The notes: generated from the sequence alone by a model not told the origin. A DNA stretch of 43,551 nt, filler included, from Catajapyx aquilonaris (GCA_000934665.2; 2 parts of 2 records of this genome joined end to end with filler, not necessarily neighbours in it), one strand, 5' to 3'. Positions 12,001-23,724 are shown, counted from the first letter of the whole stretch. A program made the numbers and translations.

Positions 12001-14118
12001 AGGTCTATTTATTTGTTGGCCAATGTAGCCCTGGTGTAAAACCAGTGCAAACAGCATTTGTTCCAGTGCAGGGAGAACAGGAGGTGTGGCCCAGCTATAC
12101 TGCATTAGTTTTTTCTGGTCTATGCCATAGTGTGAGCGCTCAGTGGGGAGTGCAAGACCTGATAAGGCTTTCTGATACCTCCTTACAGAGTGACATTATT
12201 ACAGCGCCCCTTACATTGAACAATAAATGAGTAGACCTACAATACACCGCACAAGGAAATTAATAATTTTGGTGACCAGCTGTAAATGAAGTGGTCAAAA
12301 AACAGGTACAGTGCTAGCCTCAAGGCATGTCTACAAATGTCCATGAGCAACACTGTGCCCTATTCTATTTGGGTGGCCAGGGTACATTTGTAACTGCCCC
12401 GTTTCCTAAATTCTACATCTGACTCCGATGATTACATTCTCAAGTGTTCTGCAAATAGGAGTCTCTGGCATGAGCCCCTGACCCTGTCCTTTGGCTCCTC
12501 CCTGGGCACTTTCCTTCGCCCTTCCCTGGATTGGACTGTGGCACTTGCCCACCACCCTGAGTCGAAGAGCCAGCAAATAGGAGAAGAGATTTGGAGGAGA
12601 ACTATCCTATTTCTCAGGATGGACTGGTAGGAAAAAGTTGGAGACTAGAGAAGGGTGGGTGGGTGGAGTAGGATTGAAGGGAGGATCAAAACTTGGAATA
12701 AATGTCACTTGTGTGGAATAATACAGCTGAAGAAAGAGACGCTTCCACATTAGTAACATTTTCAACGGGTTTAAGTCCTCCCTTCAACCCCCACCCCATC
12801 TCTAGTTTTCTACTTCTCCATACCTGTCCACCATCGAGCAATGCTAATTTCACGCAAATGACATCTCTACTGGGCGCCACTGTGGCTAAAGGTGGAAGGG
12901 CAAGTGCCAGGAACTTTTCAAACGGTGAAGGGAAGTGCCAAGGGTCGAGGTGAGGGTCTAATATAAAATTGGACAATTTCACATGGAATGACCTTGTTTT
13001 TAATTCACACTAAGGAAAAGGACAAATAGAGGCTGAGGGATTTGATGGGTCTTCATTGGCTGAAAGTGCACTATTGGAAGGAAAATAATTGGATGTGACA
13101 ACATGTGAAGTTAGGCACATCTGGAATGACATAGCTTACATTTGTTATCCGTCCATGGCGCAAGTCAGGAAGAGGAATCCCTTGCGAGCCATTAACTGGA
13201 ACAAGTGGTCGTGGTGGATCAAACATGCTGTAATTCCCCTTGTCTGTAACACCTGGGTGCAAAAATCTGCAAATATGGTCATCAGCCCAGAGTTGTCATG
13301 AATGAATTTGAGTTGTCAGAAGAGCATAATACACACCTGCAGCTTGATCCCCAAGTACATTGCCCTTTACTATAAAATCGGCATATTGGTCTTGGTTCTT
13401 GTGAAAGTCTCCTATCACCTTCTTCCTCACTAAGTTCACCTTCTTCTAAATCTTCCCTGTCCTTAACTTCACCATCACTTCGATCATCTTTGGCCACCGG
13501 CAAAGAAGGACTTGGTTCATCACATTCTCCTGGTTCCTTGTCCTCTTCCTCTTCCTGAAGAGAGCCATTACATTGAATGGCAGTTACAAGAAAAGGGCAA
13601 TTACTTACAGAATGCTGATCATCTTTTATTTCCTCCACAGACAACTCTTTTGGAATGTCATCACCATCAGCTTCAAAGTCCAATTCAGTCTCTCGCATCA
13701 TTAAGGAATCTGTTTGAGTAATTCGTGGCCAACTGTCCCCTTTGTCTGCTGATGAAGTCTCCTCTGCTACATTTGTTGCTGCCCCTTCTCCATCCATTTC
13801 AGCATCAGACACGGCCTCCAAGCTTTCTTCTTGGTCTTGACATTCCATTTCAGATACATCCGATAATTCACCCTGACTACCATTCTCAGGGCTTTCATTA
13901 TCAACATTGTCAACCTCTCTTGAACTCGCATCATCTTCCTCATTATCAGGCTGCACTGTGACTCCAAGATTGGTAAAATCTGTTAATTCGTGGTCAGCGT
14001 CCTGTAAGTTTCCTTCACTGTCAGGTGAGTTAGGGCCACTGCCAAAAGTGTTATCCTTGACTTCCACATCACCAAAGTTGTGCCCATCCCCACTTGGTGA
14101 TTTTAAAATCTTGTCCAT
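2810..14118 (-). CDS. ZC3H18: Zinc finger CCCH domain-containing protein 18, spliced, 3'-partial. Coding exons 14118-13337, 13266-13140, 11737-11660, 6538-5904, 3003-2810; further exons expected beyond these
   Basis: Spliced translation gives an acidic N-terminus, DLEEGEL, the CCCH finger CRFYSKGQCTWGSSCRFLHPGVTDKGNY, ESAWERGLRHAKE-MLKKSVQRKETDLDFEEK, EWADPWMRSKSP and a Ser/Arg-rich tract, all motifs I recognise from animal ZC3H18. All four junctions are GT-AG and phase-compatible (2,0,0,2). Confidence 0.93.
3276..3829. mobile_element. Degenerate TIR element
   Basis: CTTCTGTGATCAATGGCATTTA ... TAAATGCCATTGATCACAGAAG inverted ends. Confidence 0.65.
4100..4450 (+). mobile_element. tRNA-derived SINE, second subfamily (5' boundary approximate)
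   Basis: B box GGTTCGATCCCC; shares GACATTGCACTTGCAC and CTGATGGTGGTA with the SINE at 33341; (TAAA)n tail. Confidence 0.7.
4912..5561 (+). mobile_element. Internally deleted hAT-like transposon with a transposase C-terminal relic
   Basis: 8-bp TSD GTGATAAC (4904-4911, 5562-5569); imperfect TIRs TAGAGAACTGATTT / AAATCTGTTCCTTA; 5197 onward reads MPDELTVEDISLFKYDPVALCDIERSFSAYK. Confidence 0.75.
5322..5370. repeat. Compound (AAC)n(AAT)n microsatellite
   Basis: Direct reading. Confidence 0.95.
5642..5851. mobile_element. Tc1/mariner-type MITE, same family as 202-396
   Basis: AGGGTGTCTCAAC ... GTTGAGACACCCTG-TA. Confidence 0.75.
5904..6538 (-). CDS. ZC3H18: ZC3H18 exon MLKKSVQRKE...SSYSS
   Basis: ORF 5900-6538; CACAG acceptor, GTAAGT donor. 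Confidence 0.9.
6695..6951. mobile_element. MITE with inverted ends of about 35 bp
   Basis: ATTGAAGACCTCAGGGTAAGAATGATCAAGGTCCA / TGGACCTTGATCGTTCTTCCCCCGAGGTCTTCAAT. Confidence 0.7.
7066..8238. mobile_element. piggyBac-type non-autonomous element, copy 1 (contains a SINE)
   Basis: TTAA-CCCTAATAAGAC ... GTCTTATTAGGG-TTAA; second copy at 10682-11206. Confidence 0.88.
7856..8202 (-). mobile_element. tRNA-derived SINE
   Basis: Reverse-complement match to the SINE at 33341; TSD ACTGTCACA (7847-7855, 8203-8211); empty site present in piggyBac copy 2. Confidence 0.88.
10042..10533. mobile_element. Kolobok-like MITE
   Basis: TTAA-AGGGACACTCCACTC ... GAGTGGAGTGTCCCT-TTAA; TIRs of about 60 bp, AG..CT termini. 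Confidence 0.8.
10682..11206. mobile_element. piggyBac-type non-autonomous element, copy 2
   Basis: TTAA TSD, CCCT..AGGG termini, colinear with 7066-8238. Confidence 0.88.
11660..11737 (-). CDS. ZC3H18: ZC3H18 78-nt exon MGRPQAEVKEPVFESAWERGLRHAKE
   Basis: Absent from the ORF track; TTTCAG acceptor, GTATGT donor; conserved ESAWERGLRHAKE motif. Confidence 0.9.
12480..12960. repeat. Old, degenerate inverted repeat centred near 12730
   Basis: TTCCACA..GT.ACATTT, TCCTCCCTTCAA, TCTCTAGT and GGGCAAGTGCCA blocks occur in mirrored order on opposite strands. Confidence 0.65.
13140..13266 (-). CDS. ZC3H18: ZC3H18 exon (R)FLHPGVTDKGNYSMF...GRITN
   Basis: TTGCAG acceptor, GTAAGC donor; supplies the His that completes the CCCH finger. 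Confidence 0.9.
13337..14118 (-). CDS. ZC3H18: ZC3H18 first coding exon (acidic region and start of the CCCH finger)
   Basis: ORF 13282-14118; acceptor TTACAG ends 2 nt before the ATG; donor GCAG|GTGTGT at 13337/13336. Confidence 0.9.
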
Positions 14119-14515
14119 TGCTGTAACAAAAGGAACTCGGTAACATGGGTTTTCAAGTCACTATCAAATTTGAAAGCAACACACACGTTACCAGTGCATT
14201 CCTACCTAAAAGGTTGAAAGTGTACTATTATGAAATTCTCCATTCCTAAGACAACACACCACCAGACAACACACCACCAGCCAACAAATAAAGCAAGCAG
14301 TTCTATAAAGAAACAGAAAGAAATGGCAACTGTGAAGCAACTCATGGCACATGCTGTCTGTCCAGCCCGCAAAACCTCATATCACTAAATTTACATTGCA
14401 CCAGCTACAGTGGTAGGAAATTCCAGCTTTCTAGTCGCCTTGAACCATCCTGGCCTTGTTAACACACCACAGGTTAACAAAAGTGCCACAAAATCTTCAA
14501 CACTCTCTCAACCAA

Positions 14516-14830
14516 GGGGGAGGTGGAGTAGCGCTGCAGTAACGAATGCGCCCACTGATGTTCATGTCCCAGGGTCTCCCCCCTTCATCTCATGGCGAGT
14601 TGGGTCTTCTCTGGCTTTGTCTCGGGTGGAATCTCTGACATATAATCCACCCGGGGAAGTTCACAAAATGTACCGTTTGAGACATTGCACTTGCACTTTG
14701 AACATCCCCTTCCACCCTGCCCTTGGACCTGGGTGATTCATAACAAACAGTTCTAACCTGGTAAAAGCCTGAAATCAAAAAGATCCCCTCATAAGGGCCT
14801 ATGTCATCCATCACGGGGTAATTAAAATAA

Positions 14831-14869
<39 letters not shown>

Positions 14870-14872
14870 AAA
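14516..14872 (+). mobile_element. tRNA-derived SINE, diverged copy
   Basis: Shares CCACCCGGGG.AGTTCACAAAATG and GACATTGCACTTGCACTTTG with 33341; (TAAA)n tail; imperfect TSD CTCTCTCAA.CA. Confidence 0.8.
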
Positions 14873-15345
14873 ACTCTCTCTCAATCAGCTTTGGCACGTG
14901 CAGCCCATTTCTGCACAACTGAACATGATGGAGCATCCTTCCCCAGTGCCCTGTCATGGCGTGTGTATGGCGTGAGTGTGGCGTGTGTGTGGCGGGGTGT
15001 GGCAAATTTGGTGTGGAGACTTTATGGTCTGGTCGCCTTAACTCTGACGAAGTGCCCTGTCATGTCCCTTTGCATGGCATTTGGACTCCTCTTTTTGGTA
15101 GTCAAATATTTCATGAGAGTACAATTATCAAAACTAGCCATAATGGACACACATTTCATTTCCACTATACTTGATTTTTTTTCTATCTTTGCTCCTTGTT
15201 GCAGCAGTATGGTTCAGCCTATTACAGTCATTGCATGACTGTTACCACCTACTAATATGGAAATTCTGGACTGACTAAGCCAATATGTGGCCCTGCAGCC
15301 TTCCTCCCATTTATTTCTCAACAAAATACAACAGAAACATCAAGA

Positions 15346-15412
15346 CTGAAATTGACAAGTCCAAAGTAATGTAAGGAATACTATCCATTACTTTGGACCT
15401 GTCAATTTCAGT
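15346..15412. repeat. Short hairpin
   Basis: ACTGAAATTGACAAGTCCAAAGTAATG / CATTACTTTGGACCTGTCAATTTCAGT: 27-bp arms with one mismatch. Confidence 0.85.
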
Positions 15413-15646
15413 ATTGAGGAGATAGAGCATTAGATCAGGCTTGGTGAGGTGGCTCGAGTGGGTGCTGATGATGGCTCATCATCACTTGCTTCAAGTGAAA
15501 AAACTGGCTTGCTGTAATGTTGTCCCATCTTTCCCATCGCACTATTACATGGTAATTCAGTAGTGCAAAACCATCCTATTCATGAATGTCAGTTTTAATA
15601 ATATTCAACTTGAAATAGAGGATGTCACTTACTCCATCCCTACAAA

Positions 15647-16326
15647 AATGGGGAAGTAGCCTTGGTCTGGGATTTGGGATTTTTGTTCATAACTAGCTAG
15701 CCCATGCCTGTAAACATACATTCCATCACTCTGTTGCATCAAAATGACATTACTGGATAAATTACGGCACATTTAAAAGTGACTTCAAAATTGGCGGGAA
15801 AAAAGGCGTGGCCGGGTGGTGCCAATCGAAAGGGTACACTGAAATGCCTGGTTGACTGGGAGAGATGAGGAAGTTGATTTAGAATTTACCGCGGGAGCGA
15901 CGGAAAGCATTCGCAAGGCGGCTGTAGGCCATCGAGGTGGAGAAGGGGGGCCTTCATGTGCCGAATTCGGGTGACAGATAATTCCGACCTGGTGGCATCA
16001 CTGCCATGTACAAAGCGGCTTGAGCGACCTGGAATAAATACGCGCCCCGGCCGCTATCTTGCTCACGGAATGGGACGGTTGCTAACAACAGCGAAGCATT
16101 TTACAACAATGACGGGGCGCGTTCTATAACACCATTTTTGCGTTCATTTCACTTCGCGTGACGTCAACATTTTCTAGGGAAACAGTGACGTCACCATTTC
16201 CCTACATAAAAACCCCAATTACTCCGGAACGGGAACTGATATCTTAAAACGGAATATGCCAAAAAAATCCAAAAAATATGGGCGAATTTATTATGTAGTT
16301 TCCAAAATGAAGGCTACTTCCCCATT
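15647..16326. mobile_element. TIR element with a GC-rich interior
   Basis: Perfect 17-bp inverted ends AATGGGGAAGTAGCCTT / AAGGCTACTTCCCCATT. Confidence 0.7.
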
Positions 16327-16864
16327 ATAAAATTTCGGCTACATGGCAATTTCTGTGATTGTTATTTAACTACTTCAAATGCCCACTCTCACTTCCAGCT
16401 AGCTTCTTATAAGGTTTAGCTACCACTTCTTAAATTGACACTACTAGATACTTTTCACACCAAAAACTTCAGTTTCCTAAGAAAAGTAGGTATCCTACAG
16501 ATTCCCTGAATTTTATTGGAGAGTATTCTGCAATCTTTCTGAAGGTTGTAATTGTGCCATGCAGGAAATAAATAAGGCTAAAGCTGACTAACCAAAATGG
16601 CTTCCAAGTTCTGGTGCGAACAATACCAGGGCAGGTTTTAAAACAAATTGCTACACATAAACAGTACTATCTCCTGTTAGCTGGTTCAATGAAATATGCC
16701 ACAGCCCTATTATACAGTTTTACAGATATTATGATAAGTAAGCATGTGCAAGATATAAGGTGCAGGCTACCTCCTTTACACAGAGTGCAACCACAAAAGA
16801 CAAGCATACACTGTTACATCCAGATTTGCAAAGATCAACTGAAGGAGCCTTAGCTACACTTTAG

Positions 16865-16990
16865 TGCCCGATTGCACCACGGAATTACAGATTCGATAGC
16901 TCCTAACAGATCGTTAGGATACGTTAAAAGGGCTACCTAACGATCTGTTAGGAGCTATCGGATCAGTAATTCAGTTGGTGCAATCAGACA
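16865..16990. mobile_element. Palindromic mini-MITE
   Basis: GATTGCACCA...GATAGCTCCTAACAGATCGTTAGG / CCTAACGATCTGTTAGGAGCTATC...TGGTGCAATC. Confidence 0.8.
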
Positions 16991-18130
16991 TAGGTCAGGG
17001 AAACCAAGAAATGGATGTTACATTATCAAGTCTGAAAAGGACAAAATTTGTAGCATTATGAAGGCCTACCTCCTTAGTGGTAGTCAATGACAATAATCAT
17101 TAAATTAACACATCTTCTCGTTTACAGCATATTTTTCCAAAGATTACCCTCCCTCACGACCCCAAACATTATGTTCGTGACCCCATTTGGGGTTGCGACC
17201 CACAGTTTTGGAAGCCCTGATCTAAGTCCTAAATTAACCATCCATAATCATGAAAACAATCAGCCGGGTCTCCCTGCCACATGTACAGTAGATAGGGCAA
17301 GTAGTTTAGTTATTCACAGACACCTTCCAAACATGACAAATAAATTAAGCATTCCTTGTTGAAAGGTCAAAGTTACAACAATACATACATGTAAACATGC
17401 AGGTTAATATATACATACAGAAGAAAAAAGATTTGGGGCTCCTTCAAATGCAACGGGCATAGAGCACTGGGAATCCACATCCAGAGTGCAGAGCAGTACT
17501 TTTTTCAAGGCTACAGAATCAACTGTATTGAACTCTGCCGGGACACGTTCCATATTGAACGAAAGCATTGAGCTGTTTGCCTAAGGTGGCCATAATGCAC
17601 CAAGCCATCACAAGAATTATTTAGTGGCATTGGTTTTTTATAGCGCTGCAGAGTCAATGTTGCAGCATTAACAATTCAGACTGTTACAATGAATTCCTCC
17701 AGATAATCTTGGAACCATAGTATTATCAAATCAATGCAAGTGTTCAGTTTTGTATCCAGTATAGCAAAATGTGACATGTAATTTAAAATCACAGATCATG
17801 AATTCATAATATGAAATAAACTAAGAGGAAAAAGGCAACATTTTGACTATCACATTTAGTAAAATGTAGACAATGTAGTACATTTAAAAGTGTACCATAT
17901 ATGACAGCTGAACTTGGCTGAAGTCCTTCCTTACAATAATTGTGCATATACCGTCAGCATACAACTGAAGTCTAGTAAGTCCAAAAAAACAGTTCTGAGT
18001 TAACTGAAGGCAAGCGTTTGACCTTGCACTTGCTTACATGCTAGTGAAGGCAGAAAACACTAGCTTTCTGGCTCATTATGAATCTTTAGGACTAAATGGA
18101 CTTCATCAGGTGACAGAGCAGGAAAATTCT

Positions 18131-18739
18131 ACTTACAACCAACATAACTCTTCTTACCCTCCTGAATTTTGAAAATTTTTGGATTTTCTAATTCTGCTAG
18201 GCCTATAGTGTTGAGAAAACATCACCTCCATTGCTAATTTCCACGTTAGCAGGGTGAAAATACAGCCAAAATGCGATGTACCAAAGGCACAACACCTTCA
18301 TCCGGCCCCGAGTCGCCGGTCACGGCTGCCCGGTCGCGGTCGCCTACCACCGCGTCTGTAGCGCTCTCCGGTGCCACGAAGGAGAAGGGTCATCTCGCAT
18401 GCTTTGAAGGCGATTATAATAATGGAGAGCTAGAAGGATCTCCTCTATTATAATCGCCTTCAAAGCGTGCGAGATGACCCTTCTCCTTTGCGGCATCGGA
18501 GAGAGCTACAGACGCGGTGGTAGGCAACCGTGACTGGGCAGCCGTGACCGGCGACTCGGGGCCGGATGAAGGTGTTGTGCCTTTGGTACATCGCATTTTG
18601 GCTGTATTTTCACCCTGCTAACGTGGAAATTAGCAATGGAGGTGATGTTTTCTCAACACTATAGGCCTAGCCGAATTATTAGAAAATAAAAAAACGTTCA
18701 AAATTCAAGAGGGTAATAAGAGTTACTTTGGTTGTTAGT
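18131..18739. mobile_element. About 600-bp near-perfect foldback element
   Basis: Arms of about 290 bp, loop of about 10 nt near 18434; mirrored ORFs MRCTKGTTPSSG on both strands. Confidence 0.9.
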
Positions 18740-20312
18740 GGCGCAAATAACTGCAAAAATAGGAATTAGTGAATTTCCCTCATTTGCCCAAGTATATTAA
18801 AAATATATTGAATAATCAGTATCATCTACTTCCAACGTTAAATAAAGCTTGTATTGATCCCATTTGCTGGGGAACTATCTCTGCTTTCCACTAGTATCCA
18901 TGTCATGCTTGTGGGTTCACGTTAACCTCAAGAAGACTGGAAAATGCAACACAATGAAATTTTATGCTCTTTTTAGTTTCTTAATAGGCACAAAAATTGT
19001 TGCCGTGGAGATTTCACGTTGAAATCTGTTCCTCATACCTCAAAATCTACTTTTGCTATGTCTGCCATCATCTCACCCTTTCATCCAAGAACATACAGAC
19101 AGAGTGAAGTACATTCCCTGATGAAACTCAAGGGTGTGTCCCTGACATCCCACATAAAACTTCAAAATCACCTTCCCCATTGCCAGATTGATGATAACTA
19201 CTCCCACTCTTCATTCTTGTCTCAGACACTCTGCTGATGCCTATTTTCAGAATAACAACTGCCAGATGTGAAATGCAATTACTATCCATAACACTGATTC
19301 ACAGTGCAACTGAAAATTATGAAAGTTAATGGCAATGACATAGTTTCATCTAAAGTATTTGCCTTGCCCTAAATTTATGACAAAATTCGGACAAGTAGCT
19401 CATACACCTAAGATCCCAAAAAAGATGTTTCTGTTATTAATCCACACTTTGGTCAGTAACTGCCCAAATACTGTCAAAATATTGCATTTTACAACGAAGT
19501 TAAAGGTCAGTCATAGCGTGGCATTTGCTCTACAGTTGACTTAAAACAAAGGGTTGAATTTTCATCCCATTCCTCTTTTCAATTGTCGACCCAAGCTCCT
19601 TAGTAATTTCCATGGATTGTCATTGTCCACGCAAAAATCCACCTTTCCAAGCACACGTGATTTCCTTGCAGCATACATTGAAATTATTAAGAAGATCCCA
19701 CATACTAGTTCATTATTGGACTAAATGCATCTAAGAGTAGGAAATGTCAGTTTCAGCCATAGCAGTCACATTCGATAAGGGCAAGTACGGAATCGACTAA
19801 CTGGGGGAACCTTAGAAAGTGAACACAACAGAAAAGCGTAGCATTAAAAATGCCATATAATGCCCTGTCTTCACAAATATATTTCCTCACCCTTGATTGC
19901 AAACTTAAGGTAAAGTTGTAGACATTCCCCTGCAGCTTACGATTGCCTCCTGATGGGACTGTGGAACAATGCAATGAAGATTACTGACACCATGTTGGAG
20001 CTTGTTATTTTTTAGTGATCGCCGAGGTGTGACAGTAATATACAGAGGATTTGAGAAGGTCCCAACTTTACAGACATTACGGCTGGTTCATAAACTACTC
20101 GTTACCTATACCAGCAACGTCATAAGCCTTGCATATGACCCAACTTGCACCTTGTCAATAGCTGCGTCTTATTCATTCCTTACAATGGATGAGGGTAAAG
20201 TATGCCCAGTTTATATGCCCCTTGCATTGTGTTAGGTCAACCCTGGTCTTCTTTTTTCTATCTGAAGGCAAAAACATCCATTAAACCAATAATGGATGCC
20301 CATGCCAATTAC

Positions 20313-20460
20313 CTTTCCGGGGTATCCTTTGTCCCGCAGACGATCGCAAAACCTAATACCTACAATTCCAATCTCTTCTGGCCAACAAAAGTGACGTCTT
20401 TTGCATAGATGTCTTCAACTCCTCCTCAACATGTCCTCTTTCTAACCAGAGATCCGGATA
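20313..20460 (-). other. Candidate non-coding 5' UTR exon of ZC3H18 (5' boundary uncertain)
   Basis: The first coding exon begins with a splice acceptor, so an upstream exon is expected; donor-like GGAAAG|GTAATT near 20313 in an apparently repeat-free region. Confidence 0.3.
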
Positions 20461-20664
20461 CTATACTATACTACTCACAGTTGACTCACAGAATGCAGGT
20501 GCATTTCCACACTATGCTCCAGGGTGGCCCCAATCTGTAAAATTAACTCTCAATTCTTCGATATTTAACAAATGTTTTCGTTCATATAGCCTTTCTCAAG
20601 GTCGAATTCGGCGTCGCTTGCAGTCATCAAGTTAAATACCTAGTTATGATAAGGCTAAATATAA

Positions 20665-20683
20665 CAGCGCCTCTTGGTGGCCA
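20665..20683 (-). promoter_or_regulatory. CTCF-like binding motif
   Basis: Minus strand reads TGGCCACCAAGAGGCGCTG, close to the CTCF core consensus TGGCCACCAGGGGGCGCTA. Confidence 0.55.
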
Positions 20684-21824
20684 CTGTTCGAACGAGCAAT
20701 TATTGTATTATAACTCGATTTAAAATGAACGTTTACATTTTTTGTTTTATTTTTACTTACAGCTCATGTTGTGCGTTTATAACAGTTATTTGTGAGATGT
20801 AAATAAAAACGCTGGAAAATGGAGTGGCAACAGCGCTGCAATTACCGGCCGGAATTGAAGCTAGCATATCCACCCACGAACCCTCCTGATGGCGTATCGT
20901 TTCCGTTGCTGTTGCCGTGCCTTGAACAGTGAATCGAATCGTGATATTCATGAATCGAATGTCGGATATCAGCTTCCACGATATGCCGTCTGGAGCGCTA
21001 GTGTGAAAGCGTACGCCTGTTAGGCGAAATGCCAACTTCAATTCCGGCGTGCAAATGCAGCTTGCCGAGTTGTCAGACCTCCGTGGTGGTGAGTCACCTT
21101 GCACAGAAATGGGGAGGCCCAAAAGGGGGGGGAAGCCTAGGGGAGAAAGTGACGTAACCGTTACTTTTAACGCTTATAATCACGTAACTAATATAACATA
21201 TTTTCTTGCCAACAATAGAGCGACTATTCTAATAAGCGATAAGAGTTTATCATATTGGCTCAGTACGGCTGAAAAGCATCGTGCATACAATTGGTCCTTG
21301 GTGTTCTCTTACCGTGATAGTAGTCTTAATAAAATCATCCCATGTATTCTCTCAATACAGCGCAATACAGTGAGCATGACAGTGAGTAACTAATGTTGCA
21401 ACATGTTCTTAATATAAGCTATAAATTATAACTAATATTTTGCATTAAGTAAGCGGCTATTTTAACTTAAATAACAGCTATTTCACACTCCATTTATTTG
21501 TTTAATAATATTGTTTTATATATTGTTGTGTGTGAGCACAACCCACTCGTGGTAATACATCATACACTCCCGGAGACAACAACCGAGTGCATTGACACAT
21601 GACGTCACGATTACATATCGATGCAAACATTGTTGGGATTCTTGACGCAGAGTGGTGAGGTTTGACTTGGACTTTCAGCTGGCTGCTGCTTCTGAGCCGA
21701 GAGAACTTCCCCGTACTGTACTTGACTGGGTTCTTCACAGTGTGGCATTGGCCAACAGCAGGGGAGGAAATATGTAGGCCGTAATTTGAACATTTAATCA
21801 AGTGACACGGAAGGGTTGAGTGGA

Positions 21825-21923
21825 NNNNNNNNNNNNNNNNNNNNNNNNNNNNNNNNNNNNNNNNNNNNTTAATTAATTAANNNNNNNNNNNNNNNNNNNN
21901 NNNNNNNNNNNNNNNNNNNNNNN
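21825..21923. other. Assembly gap with artificial TTAATTAATTAA linker
   Basis: N-run, TTAATTAATTAA (stops in all six frames), N-run. Confidence 0.95.
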
Positions 21924-22023
21924 NGTTTTATTAGTTCATATATTGGGTTAGCTTGCGTCTCCCTTCATCGCTGACTACCCCTCATAGGGAAATGTCGTGA
22001 TGTTGTTGTTGTTGTTGTTGTTG
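21924..22023 (+). mobile_element. Probable 3' end of a non-LTR retroelement (RTE-like (GTT)n tail) inserted in GR1
   Basis: GCTGACTACCCCTCATAGGGAAATGTCGTGAT(GTT)n abuts GR1 coding sequence. Confidence 0.5.
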
Positions 22024-22552
22024 TAAGTTTGGCACGGATCATTACGTAAGAAATTATCATTAAAGGCAAAAGAAAGCAAGCTGCAACTAGTAACAGAGAG
22101 TATTTCCGCAGCTTTCGTCTGTCATTTGTCACATCATGATTAGAGACGCGGAGGATCAGTTTCCAAATCTGGGTGACTTTGGGTTGAATCAAAACGAAGT
22201 TAATCCACGGGCCACCAATCATAACACCATCCAAAAGTAGACGAGTAATCTTGTGAGTGCAATATTCCGTTGACCATTCCTTTCGAATCCAATGTGGAAA
22301 TGGATAAGCACTAAGTACAGTTACGTAAATGGCGAATAAAAGGAAGTGAACTATTGTTGGCCACCGTCTGCACCACTTCCCTCTCAGATCCTCCTCTTTC
22401 CTTGGCCACGGAAAAGGAGCGATTCCTCCAACCACAGACATGATGGCCACTGGTCTCAACACTTCCCAAAATGCATTGTCCTTCTTTGCACTGTCTTCTT
22501 GCTTCTTCCCTTCCTCCATCTGAATCACTCTATTCGACCTTTCCCTGAACAT
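22024..22552 (-). pseudogene. GR1: gustatory receptor, 5' half of exon 1 only, cut by a (GTT)n-tailed insertion next to the gap
   Basis: MFRERSNRV...DNAFWEVLRPVA... follows GR3 closely up to IRAKL, then homology ends at a microsatellite. Confidence 0.75.
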
Positions 22553-23724
22553 GATGTCTAGGTCAATCCAACTGCCTCTGATTTGTTCCCTTTCTTCTGA
22601 ACGAGACCACAATCATATGAACACACCAGAACTCTCTGTGTTTCTCCGACAAGCAGATGATGGCTCACAATACCTATAGGGTCCAACAAGACGCCACTGC
22701 AACTGCCACGTATTTCTCATGAGCTCATAATATCATAGCCCCCTATACAGAAACGAACTTTTACTGCGCATATAATTATGATCAATTATTATCGTCTGGG
22801 TCTGGTATTATCAATATACAACCGATTTCCAGGTACCGCACCCAAGACTCGACTGAAGGTAACAAATGATATTAGTGGAGAGGCCATTATGGAACATAGA
22901 ACAACTTTATAGGTGTGCAGTACACTAGTGGCAAGAAAGGATATCTGTAATGGGGTTCCCATTGGACATTTTTCACTCCCCCATTTGTAGTGTGTTGCTT
23001 GGCCACTACGGTGAGAGATTGTATCAAGCAGAAAGAAACCAACCACCGGAGAGAGCGGGTGTTGACCTGCTCGTCTCTACCGCTGTATTCTGTATTTATT
23101 TTGACCGTTCCGCACGGTGTTTGTCAATTGGAACAATAGACTTTCTCCACTGTGACTTTGTTTTGGAACCTTCTTTTTGGCCACCTCTTTACAATATCAA
23201 TTATATTCTATTGATTTAGGATAGGAGGAGAGGCCACTGTCTGACTTTGACATGACCCGTTTTATCAATAAAAGAAACAATGGTATTGTTTCCTGCCGTC
23301 GATTGCTCTCTTCGTTGTCTGGTGTAATTCATGGTCTGTGCATCATCTACAGTTACTACAGTTACTCGGGTCGGGGTTGCATAAGTAGGAGGTGTTGTTA
23401 TCAATTTTATTCACAAAAGCATATTCAGACAAACGTATTCAGACATTCAGGCGAACTTTTCTGGGGTGAACTACTATAAGATAGAGTAGATAATAATTTG
23501 CTTGTTGTCCTTCAGTACAAGTTTTGCCATCTGAGGTGACTTCTGGGAAGGTTTGCAGCAACCGACCGCGAGGAGCAAGAAAACATACACAGCCATAACA
23601 TTATGGTGTGATTTTATTTGCTAAATCTTGTACATTGACGTACAGTAACTCTTATCTACAGGGTCATTTTATATGCATGTGCAATTTGGTCTCCGCAGCA
23701 TGGAACGCTGAGATTGTTATCATT

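Noticed and set aside
18271..18596. Twin ORFs MRCTKGTTPSSG on opposite strands
   Set aside because: By-product of the palindrome; no coding evidence
21869..21880. TTAATTAATTAA as a biological motif
   Set aside because: Embedded in Ns; an artificial contig spacer
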